From Candidatus Saganbacteria bacterium (GTDB lineage Bacteria; Margulisbacteria; WOR-1; JAKLHX01): a stretch of 21,841 nt of DNA. This document shows, one piece after another, positions 8,447 through 19,600 of the stretch (its first letter is position 1; the number at the start of each line of letters is the position of its first letter). Under the pieces are notes generated by a model. That model was given only the letters and a program-made list of their open reading frames with translations, ran no database searches and was not told the DNA's origin. The DNA is taken from NCBI GenBank assembly GCA_026387835.1, contig JAPLKZ010000001.1:1-21841 (forward strand). The letters run 5' to 3'. The position numbers and the translations under genes were made by a program.

Positions 8447-11400
8447 ATGAAATGCCCGAAATGCCAAAGCGAATATCAGGTAGGAGATAAATTCTGTAGA
8501 GAGTGTGGAACGAAGCTACCATCCATCTGCCCACAATGCAGACACGAAGTGAGTCCAAAAGATAAGTTTTGTCCCGAATGTGGAACCGACCTTGTAAAGA
8601 CCCAGAAGGTTGACCAAAAAGTAACTGCTCCAAGTCTGGAGGATTTATATACTAGGCTTCAGCGCTCCATGCCGCAATCCCTTGCCGAAAAGATTCAGAC
8701 TGCCATTGCTACAGAAGGTGAGAACAGGATATTGTCAATCCTATTCGCTGACGTCACCAATTCTGTTGCTATCACTGAAAATATGCCTCCGGAAGATTCT
8801 GCTGACCTGATCAGCGAATGTCTCAAGTCAATGACAGATCCGATACTCAGGCATGGCGGATTCATCAATCGCTATCTAGGAGACAGCGTTCTGGCATTTT
8901 TCGGCATACCTGAAACCCATGAAAATGATCCAGAAAGGGCTATATTGTCCGCACTGGAAATGCGAGATGCTGTAACAAAGCTGAATCTGAGCATAAAGAT
9001 CAGCATCAATACAGGCATGGTTTTCGTCGGCGCCATAGGTCCAGACTCTCATAGCGAGTTTACAGCTATGGGTACTGCAGTGAACCTTTCCGCTAGATTA
9101 AAGGACATAGCGGAACCGGGGCAGATCCTTGTAGGTGAAACCACGTATCGCTCAACGAGACGCTCTTTCGAGTTCCAGCCATTGCCTTTATTGACAATCA
9201 AAGGCATCAGCGAACCCATACATGCTTATGAAGTGATAAAGCCATTGCCAAAGCCAGAGAAAATTCGTGGCATCGAGGGCATAGGGTCAGAAATGATCGG
9301 CAGGGATAAGGAGTTCTCGGAACTAAAAGAATGTGTGGATGAGTTACTAGCCGGCAAGGGACAGATCGTCTCAATTATCGGGGAAGCAGGTGTTGGTAAA
9401 ACCAGATTGGTATCTGAGTTGAAAGAGTATCTCAGACAAAAAATAAAAGATAAAAAGGGATCCTCAATCTTTCATCCTTATTTAGAAGGTCGTGGCGTTT
9501 CCATTGGTGAATCTGTCGGTTACTGGGTATTCATTGACATTCTGAGAAGTTATCTGGAATTCTCTGAGCAAGACAGCCTTGATGACCGCAAAAAGAAAAT
9601 CATAGACAGGATGCAATCGCTTTTCCCGCAGAGATGGGAAGAGATTGTTCCCTACATAGGCAACCTGCTTTCGGTCAGATTTGACAATGAATGGGACGAA
9701 AAGATCAAGTATCTCCCACCGGAACAGGTTAAGTATCAGACTTTCCTTACGTTGAGGGACATATTTCTCATTCTTGCGCAGCAGAACCCGCTTCTGCTCA
9801 TTTTTGAGGATTTACATTGGGCAGATAACCTGTCATTAGATATGATAAACCTTCTGATGGATATTCTCACCATCTCACCGCTTATGATACTGTGCATATA
9901 TCGTCCGGAGAAGGAACACAAAAGCTGGCACATCGGGACACGTGCATCAGGCAAATGCCTTGAACGGTATAGGGAGATAACGCTCAGAGCATTGAACCCT
10001 CATGAGAGCAGGATGCTGATAGAGTCACTACTCACCATAGAAAACCTTCCTGAATCAGTTAAGCAGACTGTCACAAACAAGGCAGGAGGTAATCCATTCT
10101 TCGTTGAGGAAGTCATAAGGTCGTTGATAGAGAGAGGTGTAGTCTATCAGGACGGGGATAGATGGATCGCCAAGGAAGACATCAATGATGTAGAGGTGCC
10201 AGATACCATTCAGAGTGTTATCATGGCAAGGATAGACAGGTTAGAGGAGGAGGTTAAGTATGTGCTTCAGAGCGCATCGGTGATAGGCAGGCTATTCCGA
10301 TACAATCTGTTGCGATATATCACACAGCAGGAGGGAAATCTGGACGGTTACCTTTGGCAGTTAGAGGAGAGGGATCTGGTATATGAGGAGCACGCTATAC
10401 CTGAACTGGAATACAGTTTCAAGCATGTCCTTACGCAAGAGACAGCATACAACACAATATTATCGCGCAGGCGCAGAGAATTCCATCGCAAGGTGGCAGA
10501 GGGATACGAAGCATTGTATTCATCGCGCATAGAGGAGTGTTACGAGGAACTGGCATATCATTACAGCAGAAGTGATGATAAAGATAAAGCATTGGATTAT
10601 CTTGTGAAGGCAGGGGATAAATCTAAAAAGGTTTATGCCAATGAATCGGCTATTGAGTATTACAATCAGGCATTAAAGCTGGCTGAAGTTTCGGAATCAA
10701 AATCTGTTGATGTACTTGGGCATATCTACCAGAGCTTAGGGGAAATATACTTTCCGATGGCAAGGCATAAAGAGGCATTGGAATATTGTCATAAGGCATT
10801 AGAGTATATCACCAATGGGAAACTCCGATCCAGGATCTATGCAATAATGGGTTGGGCTTGTGAACGAGAAGCCAGGTATGATCAAGGATTGGAATATCTT
10901 AATGCTGGAGTTACCGAGCTTGGGGAAGACACAAATTCTGTTGAAATGGCGCGGATATGTATTCCCATGTCATGGATCAAAGGCGATCAGGGAAAGCTGG
11001 AAGAAGGCATAAAGATAGCGAAAAATGGGCTGAAAGTAGTAGAAGGAACTGATTCCATTCCCGAAATACAGGATTTACTCATCTTCCTTGCCCTTGTAGT
11101 CTGTTTGTCCGGTGATACAGATAAGGCTTTCGAGTATGCGCGAAAATCGGTGGAGGTTGCTGAGAAATCCGGGAATAGCTATTTTATCGCGAACACAACT
11201 CTCCATCTTGGATGGGTATACTGGTATGCTGGTGAGGATGATGTTTCTATTAGACTCATGGAAAAGGCATTAGAGATTTTCAAGAAGCTAGATTACCAGT
11301 TTTTCATTGGTCAAGCCTGCTCTTATATTGGGCGAGTGTATTATGGAAGGAACGATTGGGATATGGTTATTATATACTTTGAAGAGTTTCTAAAAATGCC

Positions 11401-12322
11401 CAATCATCCATGGTTTATAGTTCATTTGTATTTACTTGGTTTTGTGTATCTTTTGAAAGGAAACACAGAGAAAGCTATCGAGTATAGCAAAAAGGCTTTG
11501 GAGTGTATTGGTCTACCCAATAGCTCAAAAGTTCATAATTCTGTTTTCTTTGGTATATTGTATACTCTAGAAGAGGCTTATATTCTGGTTAAGCGATGGG
11601 ATGATTTTATCTCTTATTGGGAAGCAATCAAAAAAGAAAAAGCGGATTTCATCCAGGAGTTTGGTTCTGTTAAATGGTATCTTGAATCGAGGGAACTATC
11701 AGGACATTTTATTGAACCAAGTTTTATAGATGAATTTGCTGAACCTGGTTTAAAGCCTGAATGGAAATGGGAAGATCAGGGAGGGAAGGCTAGTTATAAC
11801 TTTTCGAGTAAAGCCGGTTGGCTGGAAATTCGCACAGCTTCTCCCCGAACCTTTTCTGGTCTGGGAAGAAAATTTATTACCTCTGGAAATACATCTATGC
11901 TGCTTCAGGAAATATCAGGGGATTTTGCCGTTGAGACAAAAATGACACTCGCTGCTGATAATTTACCATCGGTTGGGGGTTTTGTTGTCAGAAAAGACGG
12001 AGAATATCAGGTTCAACTTGAGATGAAAATGGAAGGTATACATAATATCAGTTTGGTAGGTAATATGCGAGGGATATATAATGTTTTTGGAATAGGTGTT
12101 CTGGTTTCCGACGTCGTATATCTCCGATTTGAGCGAATAGGTGATAAATTTATAGCATACTGTAGTGATGATGAGAGGAAATGGATGACTTGTGGTGAAT
12201 TTAGTTTCCCTGTTGAAGATCCAATCCAGGTTGGTCTATACACCGTTGGAGTTGCTGGAGTGTTCGGACCTACTAATACTGATTTTGTTACTCATTTCGA
12301 CTGCTTTCGAATATTCAGGTAA
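8447..12322 (+). CDS. Array gene 2: same architecture as gene 1
   Basis: MKCPKC...FCRECG...CPQC...FCPECG. Cyclase motifs LFADVTNSVA, NRYLGDSVLAFFG, GINTGMVFVGAIG and GTAVNLSARL. Walker A IGEAGVGKTRL and Walker B LLIFEDLHWAD. TPR-like region and C-terminal beta domain (ISGDFAVETKM...YLRFERIGDKFIAYCSDDERKWMTCG). SD-like GAGGT about 8 nt upstream of the ATG. Confidence 0.9.
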   Translation: MKCPKCQSEYQVGDKFCRECGTKLPSICPQCRHEVSPKDKFCPECGTDLVKTQKVDQKVTAPSLEDLYTRLQRSMPQSLAEKIQTAIATEGENRILSILFADVTNSVAITENMPPEDSADLISECLKSMTDPILRHGGFINRYLGDSVLAFFGIPETHENDPERAILSALEMRDAVTKLNLSIKISINTGMVFVGAIGPDSHSEFTAMGTAVNLSARLKDIAEPGQILVGETTYRSTRRSFEFQPLPLLTIKGISEPIHAYEVIKPLPKPEKIRGIEGIGSEMIGRDKEFSELKECVDELLAGKGQIVSIIGEAGVGKTRLVSELKEYLRQKIKDKKGSSIFHPYLEGRGVSIGESVGYWVFIDILRSYLEFSEQDSLDDRKKKIIDRMQSLFPQRWEEIVPYIGNLLSVRFDNEWDEKIKYLPPEQVKYQTFLTLRDIFLILAQQNPLLLIFEDLHWADNLSLDMINLLMDILTISPLMILCIYRPEKEHKSWHIGTRASGKCLERYREITLRALNPHESRMLIESLLTIENLPESVKQTVTNKAGGNPFFVEEVIRSLIERGVVYQDGDRWIAKEDINDVEVPDTIQSVIMARIDRLEEEVKYVLQSASVIGRLFRYNLLRYITQQEGNLDGYLWQLEERDLVYEEHAIPELEYSFKHVLTQETAYNTILSRRRREFHRKVAEGYEALYSSRIEECYEELAYHYSRSDDKDKALDYLVKAGDKSKKVYANESAIEYYNQALKLAEVSESKSVDVLGHIYQSLGEIYFPMARHKEALEYCHKALEYITNGKLRSRIYAIMGWACEREARYDQGLEYLNAGVTELGEDTNSVEMARICIPMSWIKGDQGKLEEGIKIAKNGLKVVEGTDSIPEIQDLLIFLALVVCLSGDTDKAFEYARKSVEVAEKSGNSYFIANTTLHLGWVYWYAGEDDVSIRLMEKALEIFKKLDYQFFIGQACSYIGRVYYGRNDWDMVIIYFEEFLKMPNHPWFIVHLYLLGFVYLLKGNTEKAIEYSKKALECIGLPNSSKVHNSVFFGILYTLEEAYILVKRWDDFISYWEAIKKEKADFIQEFGSVKWYLESRELSGHFIEPSFIDEFAEPGLKPEWKWEDQGGKASYNFSSKAGWLEIRTASPRTFSGLGRKFITSGNTSMLLQEISGDFAVETKMTLAADNLPSVGGFVVRKDGEYQVQLEMKMEGIHNISLVGNMRGIYNVFGIGVLVSDVVYLRFERIGDKFIAYCSDDERKWMTCGEFSFPVEDPIQVGLYTVGVAGVFGPTNTDFVTHFDCFRIFR

Positions 12323-12350
12323 AAATCAAGATGGCAAGAGGTGAAAGATA

Positions 12351-15300
12351 ATGCGATGTCCGAAATGCAGACACGAAAATCGTGATGAGGCTAAGTTTTG
12401 TGAGGAATGTGGGGAGAAGCTACAGCATAAATGCCCCAACTGCGGCGCTGAACTGAGACCAAACGCCAAATTCTGTGATGAGTGTGGAACTAAAGTTTCG
12501 GAGCAATCCTCTGCAAAAACCACTGCTATTCCCAAGCTCGAAGATATGCACGCACAACTGCAAAGCCTGATACCTGACGCCTTAGCTCAGAAATATCTAT
12601 CCGCAACACAGCAGGCTATTGGTGAGAACCGTCCCATAACTGCGCTGTTCGCTGACATATCAGGATTCACCCCTCTATCAGCTTCCCAATCATCAGAATC
12701 CGTATTCCAGTTGGTGCAGGAGTGCTTCAAGCAACTGGTTAGTATTGTCGCCAGTTATGAAGGAAGTATCAGCGGATTTCGTGGTGACGGTCTGCTTGCC
12801 CTATTTGGTGCGCCTATCCTGCATGAGAACGATGCTGAGAGAGCAATTCTAGCGGCAATAGATATGAGAAAGATGATGGAAGACAGACAACTTGGTATAT
12901 CTATTGGCATCAATACTGCCATGATGACTGTCGGTGAGATACAGACCCAGCTGCATAGTGAATATACTGCTTATGGAACAGATATTAACCTTGCCAAGAG
13001 ATTACAGGAAGCCGCTATGGCTGGCCAGATACTGGTAGGATCAGGAACTCATCGTCTTACCAGACGTGCATTCGACTTTCAGGAAATACCATCGCTGGAA
13101 CTGAAAGGATTCAGCCAACCAGTTACAGCTTATGTCCTACAACATATAAAATCACATCCTGAGAAACTGCGTGGTATCGAGGGATTGCGAGCAAGGATGG
13201 TTGGCAGGGATAAAGAATATGAGGAACTCATAGACGTTACAGAGGAATGGATTGCTGGCAAGGGACAGATAATATCTATCGTGGGTGAAGCAGGGATCGG
13301 CAAGTCAAGACTGGTATCTGAGTTGAAGGGTCACCTTGAAACAGATAGCAGTCATGCTCATCTATATCTCGAAGGGCGTTGCATCTCCATTGGACAACCT
13401 ATCAGCTACTGGCCGTTCCTTGACATTCTGAGAAGCTGGTTTAGTCTGAGTGAGGAGGATACCGAAGCTGAAATGGCAAATAAAGTTAGACAGCAGATAG
13501 AATCATTCATGCCAGATAGGACTGATGACATTCTCCCATTCTTGGGACAGCTTATGAACCTTCAGTTCGGTGGAGAGATAGACACAAGATTAACACATTA
13601 CAGTCCAGAGCAAGTGAAACAAGGAATAATGATGCGCCTGCGGGACATATTCGAGGCACTGTCACAGCGTAATAATCTGATGCTGATCCTTGAGGACCTT
13701 CATTGGGCGGATGAACTGTCACTTGACCTTATATCCTTACTGATGGATGAATTGATGGCGCATCCACTGATGTTAGTGTGTGTATACCGTCCAGAACAGG
13801 GACACAATGTCTCAAGGTTGAGCAGTATAGCTCGTAGGAAGTGTCTTGAGAGATACACGGAGATCGCACTCAAACCACTGCCTGATCCCGAAGGCAGAAG
13901 GCTTGTGCATGAACTTCTAGCGATAGATGACCTTCCAGACAGCGTGCGAGATATGATCCTTGCTAAGTCAGAGGGGAACCCGTTCTTCATTGAGGAAGTG
14001 ATCCGCTCATTAATGGAACAAGGGTTGGTATACAAGGATGATGACAGTTGGGTGGCAAAGGCTGACGTGATTGAGGTTCAAGTTCCGGATACGATACAGA
14101 GCGTTATACTAGAGCGAGTAGATAGGCTGGAATCAGAAGCCAAATATGTATTACAGTGTGCCAGTGTTATAGGCAGGCTGTTTAAGTATCGGTTATTAGA
14201 TCACATAACCCAGAAGCAGAAGGAATTGGATGGATACCTTGATGAATTCGAGGAGCGTTATCTTGTGTATCCAGAGCGAACAGTTCCAGAGATGGAGTAT
14301 GCCTTCAAGCACGTACTGACACAGGAAGCTACATATCAGGGGATACTGGAACAGAGAAAGCAGGCATTCCATCGTAATGTGGCGCTGGGTATCGAAAGGC
14401 TATATAAAGAACGTATAGAGGATTTTTACGAGGAATTAGTTTATCATTGGGAACGAAGCAAGGACAGAGAGAAAACACTTGAGTATCTTGTGAAGGCTGG
14501 AAAGAAATCGGCAAAGCATTATTTGAATCAGGTCGCTATTGATTATTATACCCTTGCAATTAAAATGGCTAATGAAGTTGGCATATTGGAGGATAGGTTG
14601 GCTGAGATATACGAAGCTAGAGGATGGGTTTATAATGATATGGGTTTTTACGAAGAATCTATATCTGATATGATGAAAGCAGCGGATTTTTATGCCAATA
14701 AATCAAAGCGTGCTAATATGTATAGGCAGATTGCTCGTAATTATTGGGCACGTATTACTGATATAGAACAAGGTTCCCAATATTTCTACAAAGCAATAGA
14801 GGAGATCGATCCTTCGGATAAATCCCGAGAGACTGCTGGCATTTATGAAGATGCGGGAGCATTCTTCATCTACATGGGTGGAGATACAAAAGAAGGGGAG
14901 CGCCTTTTGCGGAAAGCCATCGCTATATCAGAAGAGATGGGATATAATGATCTATTGGCTATGCATTACAGGTGGTTATATATACTCAATTGGAGTTCTG
15001 ACGAGGAGGAATTCAGGAAACAACGACAGTTTGCACGAGAAAAAGCAATTTCCTATCTACCTTACCTCAAACCTAATCTGTCCCAATATGCGGAAGTATG
15101 TGGTCAATTGGGGTGGGGTTTTCATTTCGATGATCGCTTTCTGATAGAAGCTTTTGAATCTGCTGTAAAGTCCGAGAATAACTGGTCGGTTGTGGCGTTT
15201 GGGTCAATGTTGGCAATCATATATTGTGGTCAGGGAAAGATTCAGAAAGCTATTGAAGTATACGAACAGGGATGGCGATCCGCCGTATTATCAAGACAGC

Positions 15301-16676
15301 TTCAAGGAGGGCATGTCATACGACTTACAATTGGTCTTGTTGGTATGTATGTATCACGAGAAGATCGATCCAGATTGTTGGACATGATGCTCCAGATGGT
15401 AGACTCGACCATAGAATTGCATAGTAAGTCAGAAGTTCATCCAACAGTTCAGCACCGGTGGAATGAAATATTAGAGGGTATATATAAGATAATTCATGCA
15501 ATGGCTCCGGAAATATACTATGAACTGGAGCATTTGCTGGAATCACATCTGAACGAAACCAATACCGATGGTGTGAGATTTTTCTATTATGGACAACTCA
15601 TGCTGTTAGCTTTACTAGATGGTCGTCCTGTTGATGCAGAATCCTATATGCAAGAATTACTAAAGCTACATCCATATGCAGGAAGCTTTGCCCAACGAAT
15701 ATCAAAAAAATTATTATATGATATCGAATTAATGAACGCGCTGTCAGAACAGCGAATGTCAATAACTACAAATTTGCTTAGATCTTCTGAGAAATTCGAT
15801 GATTTTGAGAAAGCCCTGGATGCCATGAGCTGGGTGTTGACAAAAGACGAAATCTCTGCCGCTATAGATTGGACTCACCTGAATTATACCGTCTTGAATG
15901 AGCTTCAGAAGCAACGCCGATTGCTTCTCATATATTCTGAAAGAAGCGATATACTGCGAGATGTGGAGTATATCTATGATTGTTATGATTATAGAAGCAA
16001 ACTTCAATCGCTGGCAGACCAAGTTCAGCAGACAGCTGCTAACGCTCTGCAAGAGGAAGGGATAACCCAATTATTTCTCGAACAGATGGAACCGTTGGAA
16101 ATTGGCTTACTTGAGTTAATGGATCAATTCAAGCAAGATCCTACAACTGCTGGTTGGGAATGGGTGGATCCCACAGGATATTGCCGCTATAAATCAGACG
16201 AAGAAGGTTACTTGCAGATTGACGTTCCGCCAGGACATGAATTGAGTGAAGGATTTTATATGCGTAATGCCCCCCTTATGTTACGGACTATTTCAGGTGA
16301 CTTTATCCTTGAGACGAAGATTGCTGACGGTTCCACCGGTATAAAGCGTGGCGGATTGCTCCTATGGAATTCAGAGACTAACTTTGCTCGTTTTGGGGTT
16401 GATTTTGATTATATATCTTATAAAGCAACTGCAAATGGAAAATTCATCAGTCCCGGAGTGCATCCATTTAAGGCAGAAAGAGTCTGGCTTAGGTTAGAAC
16501 GCAAGGGATCTCGTTTCACTGGGTATGTGAGTAATGATGGTAAATATTGGTATCGCTGTGGGTGGGCTGATATCACCATGAACGATTCTATCAAAGTGGG
16601 TATCTACGCTTCTTGTTTTTATCCACCGGCGACATCAACAAGATTTGAATATTTCAAGATATATAGACCCAAGTAA
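12351..16676 (+). CDS. Array gene 3: same architecture, longer helical region
   Basis: MRCPKC...FCEECG...CPNCG...FCDECG. Cyclase motifs ALFADISGFT, SGFRGDGLLALFGAP, GINTAMMTVGEI and GTDINLAKRL. Walker A VGEAGIGKSRL and Walker B LILEDLHWAD. C-terminal ISGDFILETKI...VWLRLERKGSRFTGYVSNDGKYWYRCG. SD-like GAGGTGA upstream. Confidence 0.9.
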   Translation: MRCPKCRHENRDEAKFCEECGEKLQHKCPNCGAELRPNAKFCDECGTKVSEQSSAKTTAIPKLEDMHAQLQSLIPDALAQKYLSATQQAIGENRPITALFADISGFTPLSASQSSESVFQLVQECFKQLVSIVASYEGSISGFRGDGLLALFGAPILHENDAERAILAAIDMRKMMEDRQLGISIGINTAMMTVGEIQTQLHSEYTAYGTDINLAKRLQEAAMAGQILVGSGTHRLTRRAFDFQEIPSLELKGFSQPVTAYVLQHIKSHPEKLRGIEGLRARMVGRDKEYEELIDVTEEWIAGKGQIISIVGEAGIGKSRLVSELKGHLETDSSHAHLYLEGRCISIGQPISYWPFLDILRSWFSLSEEDTEAEMANKVRQQIESFMPDRTDDILPFLGQLMNLQFGGEIDTRLTHYSPEQVKQGIMMRLRDIFEALSQRNNLMLILEDLHWADELSLDLISLLMDELMAHPLMLVCVYRPEQGHNVSRLSSIARRKCLERYTEIALKPLPDPEGRRLVHELLAIDDLPDSVRDMILAKSEGNPFFIEEVIRSLMEQGLVYKDDDSWVAKADVIEVQVPDTIQSVILERVDRLESEAKYVLQCASVIGRLFKYRLLDHITQKQKELDGYLDEFEERYLVYPERTVPEMEYAFKHVLTQEATYQGILEQRKQAFHRNVALGIERLYKERIEDFYEELVYHWERSKDREKTLEYLVKAGKKSAKHYLNQVAIDYYTLAIKMANEVGILEDRLAEIYEARGWVYNDMGFYEESISDMMKAADFYANKSKRANMYRQIARNYWARITDIEQGSQYFYKAIEEIDPSDKSRETAGIYEDAGAFFIYMGGDTKEGERLLRKAIAISEEMGYNDLLAMHYRWLYILNWSSDEEEFRKQRQFAREKAISYLPYLKPNLSQYAEVCGQLGWGFHFDDRFLIEAFESAVKSENNWSVVAFGSMLAIIYCGQGKIQKAIEVYEQGWRSAVLSRQLQGGHVIRLTIGLVGMYVSREDRSRLLDMMLQMVDSTIELHSKSEVHPTVQHRWNEILEGIYKIIHAMAPEIYYELEHLLESHLNETNTDGVRFFYYGQLMLLALLDGRPVDAESYMQELLKLHPYAGSFAQRISKKLLYDIELMNALSEQRMSITTNLLRSSEKFDDFEKALDAMSWVLTKDEISAAIDWTHLNYTVLNELQKQRRLLLIYSERSDILRDVEYIYDCYDYRSKLQSLADQVQQTAANALQEEGITQLFLEQMEPLEIGLLELMDQFKQDPTTAGWEWVDPTGYCRYKSDEEGYLQIDVPPGHELSEGFYMRNAPLMLRTISGDFILETKIADGSTGIKRGGLLLWNSETNFARFGVDFDYISYKATANGKFISPGVHPFKAERVWLRLERKGSRFTGYVSNDGKYWYRCGWADITMNDSIKVGIYASCFYPPATSTRFEYFKIYRPK

Positions 16677-16690
16677 TCTGGAGTATTGAT

Positions 16691-19600
16691 ATGAAATGTC
16701 TTAAATGCAAGCAAGATAATCCGTCAGAAGCTCTGTTCTGTATGAAGTGCGGGACAAAGCTTGAGCGAAAGTGTCCCAACTGTGGAGCAGAATATCCAGA
16801 AGAAGCTGCATTCTGCATGAAATGTGGAAAAAAACTAAAGGAAGCACCAGAATCGGCAATCCCCAAGCTAGAAGACATGCAAGATAAACTCTACATCCCA
16901 GAACCACTCAGGCAGAGGATGGATACTGCCAAACAAGAGTTACAGGGAGAAAACCGTCTTGTCACAGCGTTATTCGCAGATATATCAGGATTCACTCCTC
17001 TATCCAACCAACACTCTCCTGAGAATGTGGTAAACATAGTGAACGACTGCTTCAAGGTCATAGTTGATACTATATTCAGATACGAAGGCAATCCTAATCG
17101 GTTCATAGGCGACAACGTCCTAGCATTCTTCGGTGCGCCAATAACACATGAGAACGATCCAGAACGTGCTATTATGTCAGCACTGGAAATGCGTGATAAA
17201 GTCAGAGAACTATCACTTAATATATCAGTTGGCATTAATACTGGAATGATGTATTTCGGACCCATCGGCACTAAGGAGCATCTGGAAGTCAGCGCATACG
17301 GACCAGACATCAATCTTGCCAAGAGATTGCAGGAGATAGCAAATCCCGGTCAGATACTGGTAGGTTCTGGGACATACAGGCTTACCAAGAGAGCATTCGA
17401 CTTCCAACAGACACCATCACTTAACCTGAAAGGCATAGATAAACCCGTGACTGCTTATGAGGCAGCAAAGATAAAAGAGCATCCAGAGAAGCTCAGAGGC
17501 ATAGAGGGCTTACAGTCACGCATGATCGGCAGGGAACATGAATTTACCGAGTTGAGAGACACAGTGGATATGTGGCTATCCGGTCAAGGACAAATGGTCA
17601 GTATAATAGGTGAAGCGGGTATAGGCAAGTCAAGGTTAGTCAAAGAGATAAAGGGGTTTATCAACGATAAGCCATGTCTATGGCTAGAAGGACGTTGTAT
17701 ATCCATAGGACAGCCCATAAGCTATTGGCCATTTATTGATATGTTCAGAACGCTATTCGATCTGAAGGAGGATGATAACGAGAAGGATATTGCTAGGAAG
17801 TTAAAGGATAATATAACAGAGCTATTCCCTAATAGAGCAGATGATATATTGCCATTCATAGGACACCTTATGTCCATCCAGTTCGGAGATGAGCTAGACA
17901 GCAAGCTTGATGGATATGGTTCAGAGCAGATCAGGTATCAGACTATGGTGAGACTGAGGGACATATTCGCAACCATAGCAAGAAGCAAGCCTTTATTACT
18001 CATACTGGAGGACTTGCACTGGAGTGATGAGTTATCCCTTGACCTAATAGCGATGCTGATGGATGAGCTTGTTACCAGTCAGATGCTTCTGTTGTGTGTT
18101 TACAGACCGGAGCAGGATCATAAGTGCTGGAAACTCAGTGGGATGGCACAGCGTAAGTGCTTTGAGAGCTATACTGAGTTACAGTTGAAGAAGCTCAACA
18201 GGACACAGAGCTATGAGATGGTTCACTCACTTCTTGCCATAGATGCCCTTCCAGATAGTGTCAGGGATATGATCCTTGTCAAGTCAGAGGGTAATCCATT
18301 CTTCATAGAGGAAGTGATACGTTCACTCATGGAGAGGGAATTGGTGTATAAAGATGGTGATAGATGGACAGCGAAGTCAGGCATAGAACATATAGACGTT
18401 CCCGACACAATACATGGGGTGATAATGGAGCGAATTGACAGGTTAGAGACAGAGACGAAGTATGTCCTACAATGTGCCTCTGTCATCGGCAGATTATTCA
18501 GATACAGGCTTCTTGATCACTTAATGAGCCATGAGCGTAAACTGGATGATTATCTCGATGAGCTAGAGGGTAGGGAGTTAGTGTTAGAGGAGCGTGCTAT
18601 GCCAGAGCTAGAATACACGTTCAAGCACGTACTGACACAGGAAGCGACCTACCAGACCATCCTAGAGCAAAGGAGAAGGCAGTTCCACAGACAGGTTGCA
18701 GAAGGCATAGAACGATTGTATCAGGATCGGATAGAGGAATTCTATGAGGAGCTTGCTTATCACTGGGAGCGAAGCAGGGATCAGGAAAAGACGTTAGAAT
18801 ATCTTATAAAGTCTGGGGAGAAAGCCACAAAAAACTACCTAAATGACATTGCTATTGACTATTATACACGGGCAATTCAGTTGGCGGAGGAACTAAGGAT
18901 TACCGGTGACAGGCTTGCAGAAATATACGAAAGGCGTGGAGGTGTATACCAATCCATCGGTTTTCTGGAGGAATGTGTCTCCGATACCACTGAGGCTGCG
19001 GATCTTTACACACAGAGAACTAGGCGTGCCAGCATGTATGCGCGGATTTCCCGTCTTTATTATGGAACTATATGTCAAGGGCAGGCAACAGATGAAGGTC
19101 TAATCTATTCTCGTAAAGCCATTGAGGAGATTGACCCGACAGATAGATCACGAGAAGCTATTATGACGTATCTACGTGCAGGCTGGGTCCGTAGTCTGGA
19201 AGAATGGGAGCCCATTCTGAATAAAGCCATAGCTATTTCAGAGGAGGAGGGATATAGAGATCTCCTTGCCCACCTACATGCGCTTCTATACTATCTACGC
19301 CTGGGAGTGGGTGGACTAGAAGAGCAAGCTAGGCTTGAGCGGGAAAAGGCTCTCTATTATCTACCGCACCTCAAGCATGACTTAACTGAATACGCAGCAG
19401 CTTGTAGTTTATTGGCGTTTTGGGGGAGTGAGAATGAGCGAATTAGCCTTGCAAGGGAAGCTATGGAAGCCGCGGCTAAATCCGGGAAGAGCTGGTCAAC
19501 TGTGGTATCGGCAGATCAACTGGGCACATATTATCTCCGCCAGGGAGAGACTCAAAGAGCCATAGAGATATTTGAGGAAGGATGGCAGGCTGGCGTCCGA

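Noticed and set aside
14845-15387. Plus-strand ORFs 14845-15144 and 15190-15387
   Set aside because: They are alternate frames inside the continuous array gene 3 and resemble no recognisable protein. Overprinting is not supported.
16891-17322. Long antisense ORF of 143 aa, and many other antisense ORFs over the array
   Set aside because: They recur as complements of conserved cyclase/ATPase codons in each paralogue (repeated text such as GPKYI.PVLMPT), the expected shadow of a biased coding strand. There are no independent start signals.
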